This document shows positions 17,554-28,863 of a stretch of 64,000 nt of DNA, in pieces. Position numbers and translations under genes: made by a program. Numbering within the stretch: the first letter of the stretch is position 1; each line of letters starts with the position of its first letter. The stretch comes from an uncultured Chloroflexia bacterium (GTDB lineage: Bacteria; Chloroflexota; Limnocylindria; Limnocylindrales; CSP1-4), in assembly GCA_963712745.1 (NCBI GenBank), contig CAVQJC010000011.1, positions 96,001 through 160,000 of the forward strand, written 5' to 3'. The notes beneath the pieces were generated by a model, which saw only the letters and a program-made list of their open reading frames with translations, was not told the origin of the DNA and ran no database searches.

Positions 17554-18936
17554 TCAGCGCAGCAGGAAGCCTTTGCCTAGATGGTCGCGTTCGTCGAGGA
17601 CGAAGCGGCTGTGCCCCGTGACGTAGCCGTTGCCGGCCACGCTGGTGATGACGGCGGCGTGCTCGCCGAGCGTGGCCGTGCCTTCGACGCGCGCGGTGAA
17701 GGACTCGCCGGTGATGCTGGCATTGACGAGCGTATCGCCGATCTCCGAGGCGCCCAGCGCGTAGCGGGCCGCCAGCAGGGCCGACGTGCCCGAGCCGCAG
17801 GGGGAGCGGTCGACCTCGGCATCGGCGAAGACGGTGACGTTGCGGATGGTGGCCTCGGCCGCGAGCCCGTCAGGCGATGTCGAGGGCTCGCTGTCGACGA
17901 GGATGGTGCCGTAGACGAAGCCCAGCGATGGTTCGGTCGGATGGGTCGGCGGATGGTCGCGTCGCAGTGCCTCGGTGATGGCGGCGCCGGCTCGGGTCAG
18001 CTGCTCGATCTGCTCGGGCACCACGCGCATGCCCAGCTCGGCCACGTCGACGATGCCGTAGTAGGCCCCACCGAAGGCGAGCTGCACGGCCAGGCCCTTG
18101 CGTTCGGCGGCGGCTCCGAAGAGCCGCACACCCCGCGGTCGCATGACGAGACCCTCTGCGTGCAGGTAAGAGGGCACGTTCCGGAAGCGCACCGAGCGCA
18201 CGACCGGCTCTGCGCCCACGCCCACGCTGACCTCGGCGGCTGCGCTCACCAGGCCGGCCGGCGTCTCCCAGCGGATCTCGGTGGTAGGCGTGGTGGCCGG
18301 GTAGAGCCCCTCCTCGATGAGGCCCTGCGTGAGCGCGATGATGCCGTGTCCGCACATCGTGCTGTATCCCTGGTTGTGCATGAAGAGCACGGCGACGTCG
18401 GCATCCTCGCGCACCGCCGGCAGTAGCACCGCGCCGTACATGTCGCGGTGCCCGCGAGGCTCATACATGAGCATCTGGCGGATGTGGTCGGCGTGTTGCT
18501 GCACCCAGGCGCGGCGCTCCTCGATGGGCAGCGGCGGCACCTTCGGGTAGCCCGAGCGGATGAGCCGCAGCGGCTCACCCGCACAGTGCAGGTCGAGCGT
18601 CTCAACGACCACGCGTGAAGCGTCGCGCTCACGTGCCTGGCCCGGCGTCCACGGCAGCGGCCGGCTCGCGACCGCGGCCTCACGGCGGCCGGGCCGCGCG
18701 TCATCGGTTCCCTGCTCCTCGAAGAAGGCCCCCTTGTCCTCGGCGACGGACTGGAACACGACCGTGAGCACGTGCTCGTCGCCCTCCGATCCCCAGCGCC
18801 GGGACTTGGGCTCCCAGCCGCGGCTGGCAGCCTGCTGACGCTCGCGCAGGTAGGAGCGCTCGGCGGAGGCGCGGTCGGCAGCCGCGTAGGTGCGGATGAC
18901 CTGACTCGTCGAACCCCTAGCGCTCGTCCTCGCCAT
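17554..18936 (-). CDS. Proline racemase / hydroxyproline epimerase family with about 110-aa N-terminal extension
   Basis: HCAGEPLR, EPRGHRDMYG, TMCGHG and DRSPCGSGT (Cys/Cys catalytic pair). Confidence 0.9.
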   Translation of the reverse strand: MARTSARGSTSQVIRTYAAADRASAERSYLRERQQAASRGWEPKSRRWGSEGDEHVLTVVFQSVAEDKGAFFEEQGTDDARPGRREAAVASRPLPWTPGQARERDASRVVVETLDLHCAGEPLRLIRSGYPKVPPLPIEERRAWVQQHADHIRQMLMYEPRGHRDMYGAVLLPAVREDADVAVLFMHNQGYSTMCGHGIIALTQGLIEEGLYPATTPTTEIRWETPAGLVSAAAEVSVGVGAEPVVRSVRFRNVPSYLHAEGLVMRPRGVRLFGAAAERKGLAVQLAFGGAYYGIVDVAELGMRVVPEQIEQLTRAGAAITEALRRDHPPTHPTEPSLGFVYGTILVDSEPSTSPDGLAAEATIRNVTVFADAEVDRSPCGSGTSALLAARYALGASEIGDTLVNASITGESFTARVEGTATLGEHAAVITSVAGNGYVTGHSRFVLDERDHLGKGFLLR

Positions 18937-19033
18937 CGTCTGTGCCGGCCTCCGCAGGGGTGGCGCGACGGGACCGCGCCACTGGTGGTCATGATAGCCA
19001 GCCACGCCGTCCCGATTGGCGTACCGTCACTGC

Positions 19034-20092
19034 ATGAGCGAGTACGCATCCCACGAACTGCAACAGCTGCGGCGGCGCATCGGCGACGTCTCGCAGCTCG
19101 TCTCCACTCGCGCCGCGCGCCTGGCCGATGGCAACGAGGACGGGCTTCGCATCGTCGATGCCCGTGCCGCCGGCGGCCTGTCGGCCACGATCCTGGCCGA
19201 CCGCGGCCTTGACCTCGGCGCTGTCTGGGCAGCCGGTCACCAGGTCGGCTGGCAGTCCACCACCGGTGCGGTCCATCCCGCCTATTTCCACGAAGCCGAC
19301 TGGTTGCGCTCCTTCCACGGCGGCATGCTCACCACCTGCGGCCTGCAGAACGTGGGCCTGCCCTCCGACGACGAGGGCACCAGCCACGGGCTCCACGGGC
19401 GCATCTCCAACATCCCGGCGCACAACGTGGCTCATCGGGTCATCGAGGAGGACGGCCGGCTGGTGGCGGAGGTCACCGGCGAGCTGCGCGAGACGGACGT
19501 CTTCGGGGCCGACCTGCTGCTCCGCCGTCGCATCACGCTGCCGATGGGTGAGACCGTCCTCCACGTCGAAGACGAGGTCATCAACGGGGGGCATGCCCCG
19601 GCCGCGCTGATGATCCTCTATCACCTGAACCTGGGCTACCCGGTCGTGGCTGAGGGTGCCCGCCTCATCACGCCCCGCGCTGAGGTCACGCCACGTGACG
19701 CGGCCGCGGCCGGCGGCATGGACGAACGAACCACGTTCCCGGCGCCACAGGACGGCTTCGTCGAGCACGTCTTCCGCCACGAGCTGGCGCCCACCGATGC
19801 CGAGCGTGTGAGCGCCTCGATCGTCAACCCAGTGTTCGGACCCACCGGCGGCATCGGGCTCACGGTCAGCTGGGATCCCCGACAGCTGCCGCTCATGTGG
19901 CAGTGGCGGATGCTCGGTCCGGGGATGTACCTCACCGGACTCGAGCCGGCCAACTGCGGGCTGGCTGGTCGGGCTGCCGAGCGCGAGGCGGGAACGCTGC
20001 AGATGCTGGAGCCTGGCCAGTCCCGTCGCTCGGGCGTTTCCATCCGCGTCTCGCTCGGTGATGAGGCGGTCGCGCTCGCCGGAGGCGCCTGA
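19034..20092 (+). CDS. Aldose 1-epimerase-like protein (DUF4432 type)
   Basis: DRGLD, GGMLTTCGL, HGLHGRISN, MILYHLNLGYP, GLEPAN. Confidence 0.85.
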   Translation: MSEYASHELQQLRRRIGDVSQLVSTRAARLADGNEDGLRIVDARAAGGLSATILADRGLDLGAVWAAGHQVGWQSTTGAVHPAYFHEADWLRSFHGGMLTTCGLQNVGLPSDDEGTSHGLHGRISNIPAHNVAHRVIEEDGRLVAEVTGELRETDVFGADLLLRRRITLPMGETVLHVEDEVINGGHAPAALMILYHLNLGYPVVAEGARLITPRAEVTPRDAAAAGGMDERTTFPAPQDGFVEHVFRHELAPTDAERVSASIVNPVFGPTGGIGLTVSWDPRQLPLMWQWRMLGPGMYLTGLEPANCGLAGRAAEREAGTLQMLEPGQSRRSGVSIRVSLGDEAVALAGGA

Positions 20093-20181
20093 CCATCCGT
20101 CCATGACCCCGTGCGCGGGCTTCGTGCTACGGTCGCGAGCGACCACCCACCAGGACATCGAGCTGCGCAGGAGGGCTGACC

Positions 20182-20592
20182 ATGCCCGGACCAGGCCTTG
20201 ACCTCGTCGGCGCCGAGGAGCTCGCCGAGGTCGCCGAGGTCATCGAGAGCGGGCACCTCTCGCGCTATGGGCCCGATGACGAGACGTTCCCGGCCAAGGT
20301 CCGACGCTTCGAGGAGGCGGTCGCCGAGCAGGCCGGCGTCAAACACGCCCTCGCGCTCAACTCCGGCACGAGCGGGCTGTACCTTGCCCTCACCGGGCTC
20401 GGGATCGGCCCGGTGAACGAGGCTGGCATGCTCCCCGCCACGGACGCCTTGCTTTCGCGTTCCATGAGCTTCGCCATCGGGGTGGTCGACCCCAACCTTG
20501 CGCCGTTCGGTTTGCGCATGCGCGACAACGACGAGACGGCTCGGCGCCGGGCGGAGCAGTTCATCGAGGTCTACCGCGAGGTCCTGGCCTGA
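20182..20592 (+). pseudogene. DegT/DnrJ/EryC1/StrS aminotransferase with large in-frame internal deletion
   Basis: N-terminal FEEAVA...KHALALNSGTSGLYLAL..LGIGP joined directly to a C-terminal segment; PLP-Lys region absent; 136 aa. Confidence 0.75.
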
Positions 20593-20615
20593 ACCGGATC
20601 TCCGAGCGACCCTCC

Positions 20616-21722
20616 TTGCCATCTCAAGGCCGCCTCCGGTTCCTTGGCGCGGTGCTGGTGCTCGGCCTGGTCGCCGGTGCCTGCGTGACCGCGCGATCTG
20701 ACGGGCAGGGGCAGGCCTCACCGTCGGCCGAGCCATCCGCGGCGACCCCGGCCGCATCCGCCCTCATCGCCCCCGGCGCCAGCCCGGCCGTGGGTGCCTC
20801 CGAACCGGCCATCTCTCCCTCGCCGGGTCCGTATCGCAGTGCCGAGCTCAGCATCGGCTACATCTCACTAGACGGATCGCAGGCCTTCGCCCAGGCCGTG
20901 AGTACAGGCATCCGGGCGGCAGCGGAGGGAGCGGGTGTCGACCTGGTCGAGTGCGACTCGGGCTGGACGCGCGAGGGTGTCAGCCGTTGCGCGTCGGAGC
21001 TGTCGGAGGCCGGTGTGCACGGCGTGATCAGCTTCCAGCCCTTCGCCGACCTCGCCGCGGACGTGTGCGTCGCCATCGGCGATGCCCCGACGGTGGGCAT
21101 CGTCTATGACCAGGGTCCGTGCCAGGTATCGCTGCTGAGCATCGACCAGACCGAGGCCGGGCGGCTGGGCGGGCGCGCGCTGGGGCAACTCGCGTCGGAG
21201 CGTTGGGGGTGCCAGGTCCGGGCGCTCATCGGGCTCGCTTCCGGTGAGGGCGACCCTATCGGAGGAGCCCGCATGGATGGCTACCGCGAGGGCTACGAGG
21301 AGCACTGTGAGCTGCCCCTGGAGACACGGGCGCTGCCCGATGCACAGCATCTGGTGACCGCCAAGACGCAGCTGGCTCGGGTGCTGGAGGAGATCAAGGG
21401 CCAGCCCATCCTCGTGGCCGGGGTGAGCGACAGTGCCGTCCTCGGGGCGATGACGGCGGCTTCCGACCAGCGTCGCGCCAAGCACGTCTGGTATGCGGGT
21501 CAACTGGCCGAACCGGAGATCCGCGGGGTCATCGCCTGCGGTGAGCATGTGGTGGGCTCGGTGGGCCAGTTCCCAGAGCGTTTCGGCGCGACCGTGGTAC
21601 CCACGCTCCTCGATGCCATCGAGGGCCGGGAGGTCCCCGCGGAGCTGGACGCGGAGCTGGAGTTGGTGACCTCGGCCAACGTTCGGCAGCTATTCCCCGA
21701 TACGCCAGCCTGCGACGAGTAG
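20616..21722 (+). CDS. Sugar ABC substrate-binding lipoprotein (periplasmic binding protein type I)
   Basis: Lipobox VAGAC; Ser/Pro linker; IGYISL...FAQAV..GIRAAA, RMDGY. Confidence 0.75.
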   Translation: MPSQGRLRFLGAVLVLGLVAGACVTARSDGQGQASPSAEPSAATPAASALIAPGASPAVGASEPAISPSPGPYRSAELSIGYISLDGSQAFAQAVSTGIRAAAEGAGVDLVECDSGWTREGVSRCASELSEAGVHGVISFQPFADLAADVCVAIGDAPTVGIVYDQGPCQVSLLSIDQTEAGRLGGRALGQLASERWGCQVRALIGLASGEGDPIGGARMDGYREGYEEHCELPLETRALPDAQHLVTAKTQLARVLEEIKGQPILVAGVSDSAVLGAMTAASDQRRAKHVWYAGQLAEPEIRGVIACGEHVVGSVGQFPERFGATVVPTLLDAIEGREVPAELDAELELVTSANVRQLFPDTPACDE

Positions 21723-21826
21723 GGTCACGCTCGGGTAAGGTAGCGCCACGTTGGTGTCCGCGAACGTCGGCCACGAGGAGGCCGCACGGCGTTGACGCAC
21801 CCGGCAAGGGGCAGGAGGGACAAGCC

Positions 21827-23064
21827 TTGGATAGCACTCGGACCCGCATCACTCGCTTGAGCAAGTGGTCGGCGCTCATCGCCACCGGCGCGTTCCTGGT
21901 CATCGCTTGCCGGCCGGAGGATCCGACGCCCGCGCCCACCGAGCCTCCGTCCGAGGCGCCCAGCACCGTCCCGTTGTCCGCGACCATCGAGCCGACCGCC
22001 GAGCCCACGCCCGAGCCGACCGCCGAGCCCACGCCGGAGCCGACCGCCGAGCCGACCCCCGAGCCCACGCCCGAGCCGACCGCCGAGCCGACCGCCGAGC
22101 CCACGCCCGAGCCGACCGCCGAGCCGACCGCCGAGCCCACGCCCGAGCCCACGCCCGAGCCGACCGCCGAGCCCACGCCCGAGCCCACGCCGGAGCCGAC
22201 CGCCGAGCCCACGCCGGAGCCGCACGCCGGAGCCGACCGCCGAGCCCACGCCCGAGCCGACCCCCGAGCCGACCGCCGAGCCCACGCCCGAGCCCACGCC
22301 GGAGCCCACGCCGGAGCCGACCGCCGAGCCCACGCCGGAGCCCACGCCCGAGCCGACCGCCGGAGCCCACGCCCGAGCCCACGCCCGAGCCGACCGCCGA
22401 GCCCACGCCCGAGCCCACGCCGGAGCCGACCCCGGAGCCCACGCCGGAGCCGACCGCCGAGCCCACGCCCGAGCCGACCCCGGAGCCGACCGCCGAGCCG
22501 ACCCCGGAGCCGACCCCCGAGCCCACGCCCGAGCCGACCCCCGAGCCCACGCCCGAGCCGACCCCCGAGCCGACCCCCGAGCCGACCCCCGAGCCGACCC
22601 CCGAGCCGACCGCCGAGCCAGTTGCCAGCGCGGAACCGTTGTCCAGTGGAGACCCCGTGGCCATCTCCGGGCCGGCAGTCACCGGCATGATCGTGCTGCC
22701 CGACGGGACCGAGCTGCCGGCCGATGCCACCTGGACGGTCGAACTGCAGGACACCTCGCTCGCCGATGCCCCGGCCGTGGTCATGGGCACGGACACAGGC
22801 GTCGTCGAGGACATGATGGCGACCGAGATCCCGTTCGTGGTCAGCTACGACCCGGCGTCCATCGACGAGCGCTTCATCTACACGCTGAGCGCCAGGGTGG
22901 AGGACATCGACGACACCCTGCTGTACATCAACGACACCATGACCCCCGGTCTCGTCGAGGGCGAGCCGCTGCAGGACGTGGCCGTGGAGGTCATCGACGT
23001 CCAAGCCGCAACAGCCGCGGCGGAGGAGATGATGGCCGAGGCCGAGGAGAGCCCCGAAGCGTAG
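21827..23064 (+). CDS. Lipoprotein with long EPT(P/A) stalk and C-terminal YbaY-like domain (two +1 frameshifts in the repeat)
   Basis: Lipobox LVIAC; C-terminal VTG....[19 protein letters not shown]...PF..SYDP..IDER..Y.LSARV; frames joined by extra bases near 22222 and 22362. Confidence 0.8.
21989..22620 (+). repeat. About 52 copies of a 12-bp coding repeat (GAGCCSACSSCS) encoding EPTP/EPTA
   Basis: Read directly from sequence. Confidence 0.95.
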
Positions 23065-23329
23065 GTCGTCGTGGCACGTGCCGCGCGCGTATCTCAGCGC
23101 ACGAACCGATATCCCTGCGCGACTCCGGTCCGTCCGAACGAGCGCCTCAGCAGGGGTAGACTGGTCCCGCCGCCGGGGGCCGGATGGTGCGCGCGTGGGG
23201 GAAACATGGCACGCGTCCCGCGACTGCCGCAGAGCATATCGTTGAGCGGAACACCTCCGTGCCCAACCTTGCCCCAGATCATACGAGAGGGAGGCTAACG
23301 CCCGTGCTCGCCAAGAGGTACCCCCGCTG

Positions 23330-25408
<2,079 letters not shown>

Positions 25409-25433
25409 CCGGCGCGGCCTACCTCGCAAACAA

Positions 25434-25470
25434 GGCGGGCGCCGGAATCACCGGCGCCCGTTTCGTTGTT
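25434..25470 (+). terminator. Intrinsic terminator after hppA
   Basis: Stem CGGGCGCCGG-AATCA-CCGGCGCCCG followed by TTTCGTTGTT. Confidence 0.8.
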
Positions 25471-25546
25471 CGTGGCTGGGCTGTCCCACCTCGATGGTCG
25501 ACCGGCGTCCGTGGAGACAGGCGACCCGTGATCGGCACACATCGCG

Positions 25547-26230
25547 ATGCCCGCGAATGGCACCGACTACGATGTACCCACGATGGAACGAAGCCTCTAC
25601 TACGTCCGACTCTTCCCCGGCACCGAGGAGCGGTACGACCGGCTCCATGCCGACATCCCGGGGGCCGTCGCCCGGGGCATGACCGAGGCCGGCCTCTCCA
25701 ACGTCAGCGGTTGGCGCCGCGGCACCGACGTGTGGTGGTACGCCGAGGCCGAGCCGGACCGTGACACGGCCTTCTCACGCGCAGGCAAAGGCGTGGTCAA
25801 CCAACGCTGGGGCCACCAGTTCCGCGACATCATCGCCGAAATCCAGGCGCCAGAAGGCGGACAGATCTGGTACGACGAGATCTTCCACACCGACGCGCCG
25901 GCGCCGGCCGGGCCGCACGAGCGCGGATTCTTCAGCCTCGTCATCGACCCCCACAAGGCCGAGCTCTACGACCGGCTCCACGCGGAGCCCTGGCCGGAGA
26001 TGATCGAGGCCATCGCCGAGGCCGGCTACCGTGACTACACCGGCTTCCGCCGCGGAGCCCACGTCGTCTACTGCGGGCGCTACCACCCCGACTTCGCGAC
26101 GGTCATCGACCGTATCAACCAGACCGACGTGGCGGCGCGCTGGGGTGCGGCGCTCGACGGCGTGATCACCACCTTCACCGACGAGGACGGGCGCAACTTC
26201 AGCGCCGCCGAGGTCTACCACCAGGACTAG
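25547..26230 (+). CDS. Tandem-domain L-rhamnose mutarotase-like protein
   Basis: Two repeats, each with YDRLHA...AG....(W/F)RRG. Confidence 0.75.
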   Translation: MPANGTDYDVPTMERSLYYVRLFPGTEERYDRLHADIPGAVARGMTEAGLSNVSGWRRGTDVWWYAEAEPDRDTAFSRAGKGVVNQRWGHQFRDIIAEIQAPEGGQIWYDEIFHTDAPAPAGPHERGFFSLVIDPHKAELYDRLHAEPWPEMIEAIAEAGYRDYTGFRRGAHVVYCGRYHPDFATVIDRINQTDVAARWGAALDGVITTFTDEDGRNFSAAEVYHQD

Positions 26231-26339
26231 GACACGAGGCGCAGCGGCCTAGGACCTGCGCAGGACCTCGCGTCGCCCGACCCGCCGCCAGATGACATGA
26301 GCCCCGGCATCGCCTGGCCCGGTCGATCCTGCACGAGGG

Positions 26340-26768
26340 CTACTCTTCGTCGGGGTCGAGGGCGATCGAGACCGAGTTGATGCAGTAGCGCTGGCCGGTG
26401 GGGTTGGGTCCGTCCTCGAAGACATGGCCCAGGTGACCGCCGCAACTCGCGCACATGGCCTCCGTGCGGACCATGCCGAAGGAGCTGTCGGTCTCATACG
26501 CGATAGCCCCCGGTTCGGCCGGCTGCCAGAAACTGGGCCAGCCCGACCCGGAGTCGTACTTGGTGTCCGAGGCGAAGAGCTCGGCGCCGCAGCCCGCACA
26601 GCGGTATGTCCCGGCGCGCTTCTCGTCGACATACTCGCCGGTGAAGGCGCGTTCGGTGCCCTTCTCGCGGAGGATGCGGAATTGCTCGGGCGTGAGGCGC
26701 TGGCGCCATTCGGCCTCGGTCTGGGGCATGGGAGTCGTCGGATCCTGGGGAGCCTGCTCGTCAGTCAT
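26340..26768 (-). CDS. msrB: Peptide-methionine (R)-S-oxide reductase
   Basis: [35 protein letters not shown]. Confidence 0.97.
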   Translation of the reverse strand: MTDEQAPQDPTTPMPQTEAEWRQRLTPEQFRILREKGTERAFTGEYVDEKRAGTYRCAGCGAELFASDTKYDSGSGWPSFWQPAEPGAIAYETDSSFGMVRTEAMCASCGGHLGHVFEDGPNPTGQRYCINSVSIALDPDEE

Positions 26769-26808
26769 GGCCACAGCCTACCGCTCGGGCGTGACGCACC
26801 GATGACCG

Positions 26809-27654
26809 TCACTCGTCCAGCCACGGTCGCTCGTCGCTCGGCGGGTCCCAGCTGGGGATCGGCGCCTGCAGCGGGTCGTCGATCCAGCAGAACTCGCCGT
26901 TCGTGTCGGCGCCCGCCTCCGAGGTGAGATGCAACACCAGGGCCACGGCCTTCTCCGGCGGGTCGCCCCCGGTCGCCTCGACCCAGTCCGCCCAGGCCAG
27001 GTAGTTCTCGGCCACGCTGCCGAGCCCGGCCACGCGCTCGCGGATGTCGGCCCACATGGCGGTCTTGACGTCTCCGGGATGGATGACGTTGGCGGTCACG
27101 CCCGAGCCGGCGATCTCCGCGGCCAGGTGACGGGTGAACTGGTTGAGCGCTGCCTTGGCCGTGCCGTAGGCGCTGTTGATGGGCCCGGGCGGATGGAGCG
27201 ATGCGGCCGAAGTGACGTTGACGATGCGACCCCAGCCGGCGTCGAGCATGCCCCCGACGAAGGCGTTGGCGGTGAAGAACGGGGCCACCGCGTCGACCAT
27301 GATGGTCCGCGCCCAGTGCTCCGGGTCGGCGTCGCGCACGAGGTCGATGGGCCCGAAGATGCCAGCCGCGTTGACGAGGATCGAGGGGCTGCCGAAGCGA
27401 TCAGCCACATCACGCTCGAGCGCCGCCACAGCCTGGTGGTCGGACACGTCGCAGGCGATCGCGGCCACGCTCCCGCCGTCAGCCTCTGCCAGCCGCTCGG
27501 TCTCGCGCAGCTGGTCGGCCGAGCGTGCCACCGCCACCACCCGGTCGCCTCGAGCGGCGAGGCCGAGAGCGAACGCCTGTCCCAGGCCGCGGCCGGCCCC
27601 CGTCACGAGGGCCAGGCGTGGGCCCGCCTGTTGCTTCGAACGCTGATCGGTCAC
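26809..27654 (-). CDS. SDR family oxidoreductase
   Basis: TGAGRGLG, VNAAG, YGTAK. Confidence 0.92.
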   Translation of the reverse strand: MTDQRSKQQAGPRLALVTGAGRGLGQAFALGLAARGDRVVAVARSADQLRETERLAEADGGSVAAIACDVSDHQAVAALERDVADRFGSPSILVNAAGIFGPIDLVRDADPEHWARTIMVDAVAPFFTANAFVGGMLDAGWGRIVNVTSAASLHPPGPINSAYGTAKAALNQFTRHLAAEIAGSGVTANVIHPGDVKTAMWADIRERVAGLGSVAENYLAWADWVEATGGDPPEKAVALVLHLTSEAGADTNGEFCWIDDPLQAPIPSWDPPSDERPWLDE

Positions 27655-27691
27655 GGCTGCATTCTAGGCCGGGCCTGGCCCCGAAACGGCC

Positions 27692-28023
27692 TCACTCGGT
27701 GCTGCTGCTCCAGTCGCCGACATCGCCACTCCGCAAGCCGTCCAGGATGGTCAAAGCCACCCCGGACAGCTGTTGGGGCGTGAGGCCGCGCAGGTCCGGG
27801 CAGTCGCCCCAGGTCCGCTCCCTGGGTCCGACCTTTAGGACTCGGCCTCAAGGACGCGGATCATCGTCACAACCGTGGGGTCGTTGGGCCGCACGAACAG
27901 GTGGCCCTCATCACTCCCGACCCAGTCGCTGGGTGCGGACGGGTCCTGGGCTGCGGCCGCGGCGGGTGTCACGAGAAGCGCGATGGCGCGCAAGGGAAGG
28001 CTGAATCGGCGGGTCAGGGTCAC
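27692..28023 (-). pseudogene. Degraded remnant of a small secreted protein
   Basis: Signal-peptide-like start (...AAAAAQD), stop at 27835, coding-like continuation in another frame to about 27692. Confidence 0.35.
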
Positions 28024-28141
28024 GAGTCGATCCTCCGACTGGGAGTGGCCGGGTGCTCAGCGGAACCTAGCACGACCTGCGCCGCGGTCGACATGACCTC
28101 CAGTGCGCGCGTCGCCATCCTGTCGGTGCGACGATAGGGGC

Positions 28142-28516
28142 ATGACCCTCGTCTTCATCGCCATCGGCGGCGCGGCCGGCGCCGTCTCGCGTTGGCTCGT
28201 CCAGGGCTGGGTGCAGGACCTGGCCGGCGGCCGGTTTCCCTGGGGGACGTTCGCGGTCAACATCTCGGGCTCGTTCCTGCTCGGGCTCGTGTTCGCCCTG
28301 GCCATGGATCGCGCCATCCTGGCACCGGAGATCCGCGTGCCGCTGATGGTCGGCTTCATCGGCTCCTACACCACGTTCTCGACGCTCATGCTCGAGTCCT
28401 GGCTGCTGGTGGAGGAGGGCGACATCATGCCCCTGCTCGGCAATCTGCTCGGCTCCGTCCTCATCGGCATGGTCGCGGTGGTAGCCGGGCTCGCGGTCGG
28501 GAGGCTACTGCCATGA
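28142..28516 (+). CDS. crcB: Fluoride efflux channel Fluc/CrcB
   Basis: GGAAGAVSRW, FPWGTFAVN..GSFLLG, GFIGSYTTFST. Confidence 0.95.
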   Translation: MTLVFIAIGGAAGAVSRWLVQGWVQDLAGGRFPWGTFAVNISGSFLLGLVFALAMDRAILAPEIRVPLMVGFIGSYTTFSTLMLESWLLVEEGDIMPLLGNLLGSVLIGMVAVVAGLAVGRLLP

Positions 28517-28863
28517 GGATCGACGGACCTGCGCTGCTGGCGCGCATCTACATCGGCGAGTCGGACCACTGGGAGGGCAAGCCGCTTTACGAGGCCATCG
28601 TGCTCAAGCTGCGGGAGCGCGGCGTGGCCGGAGCCACCGTCCTGCGCGGCATCGAGGGCTACGGCCGCGCCGCCCGCCTCCACACGGCGCACATCCTGCG
28701 CCTGTCTGGCGACCTGCCCATCCTCATCGAGGTCGTCGACCGCGAGGACCGACTGCGCGCGGTCCTGCCCGAGATCGACGCCATGGTCGAGGGCGGGCTC
28801 ATCACGCTCGAACACGTCGAAGTCATCGCCTATCGCGCACACGAAGGGGAGAACGCACCGTGA
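28513..28863 (+). CDS. DUF190 (PII-like) protein
   Basis: RIYIGESD...KPLYEAIV, GATVLRGIEGYG, LSGDLPILIEVVD; typical crcB partner. Confidence 0.9.
   Translation: MRIDGPALLARIYIGESDHWEGKPLYEAIVLKLRERGVAGATVLRGIEGYGRAARLHTAHILRLSGDLPILIEVVDREDRLRAVLPEIDAMVEGGLITLEHVEVIAYRAHEGENAP

Noticed and set aside
21989-22620. Possible non-coding repeat array or CRISPR
   Set aside because: The 12-bp period encodes EPT(P/A) in frame with a lipoprotein signal and a C-terminal domain
28024-28141. Fluoride riboswitch upstream of crcB
   Set aside because: Could not find the GGCGATGG...CGCC / GCTGATGAC consensus
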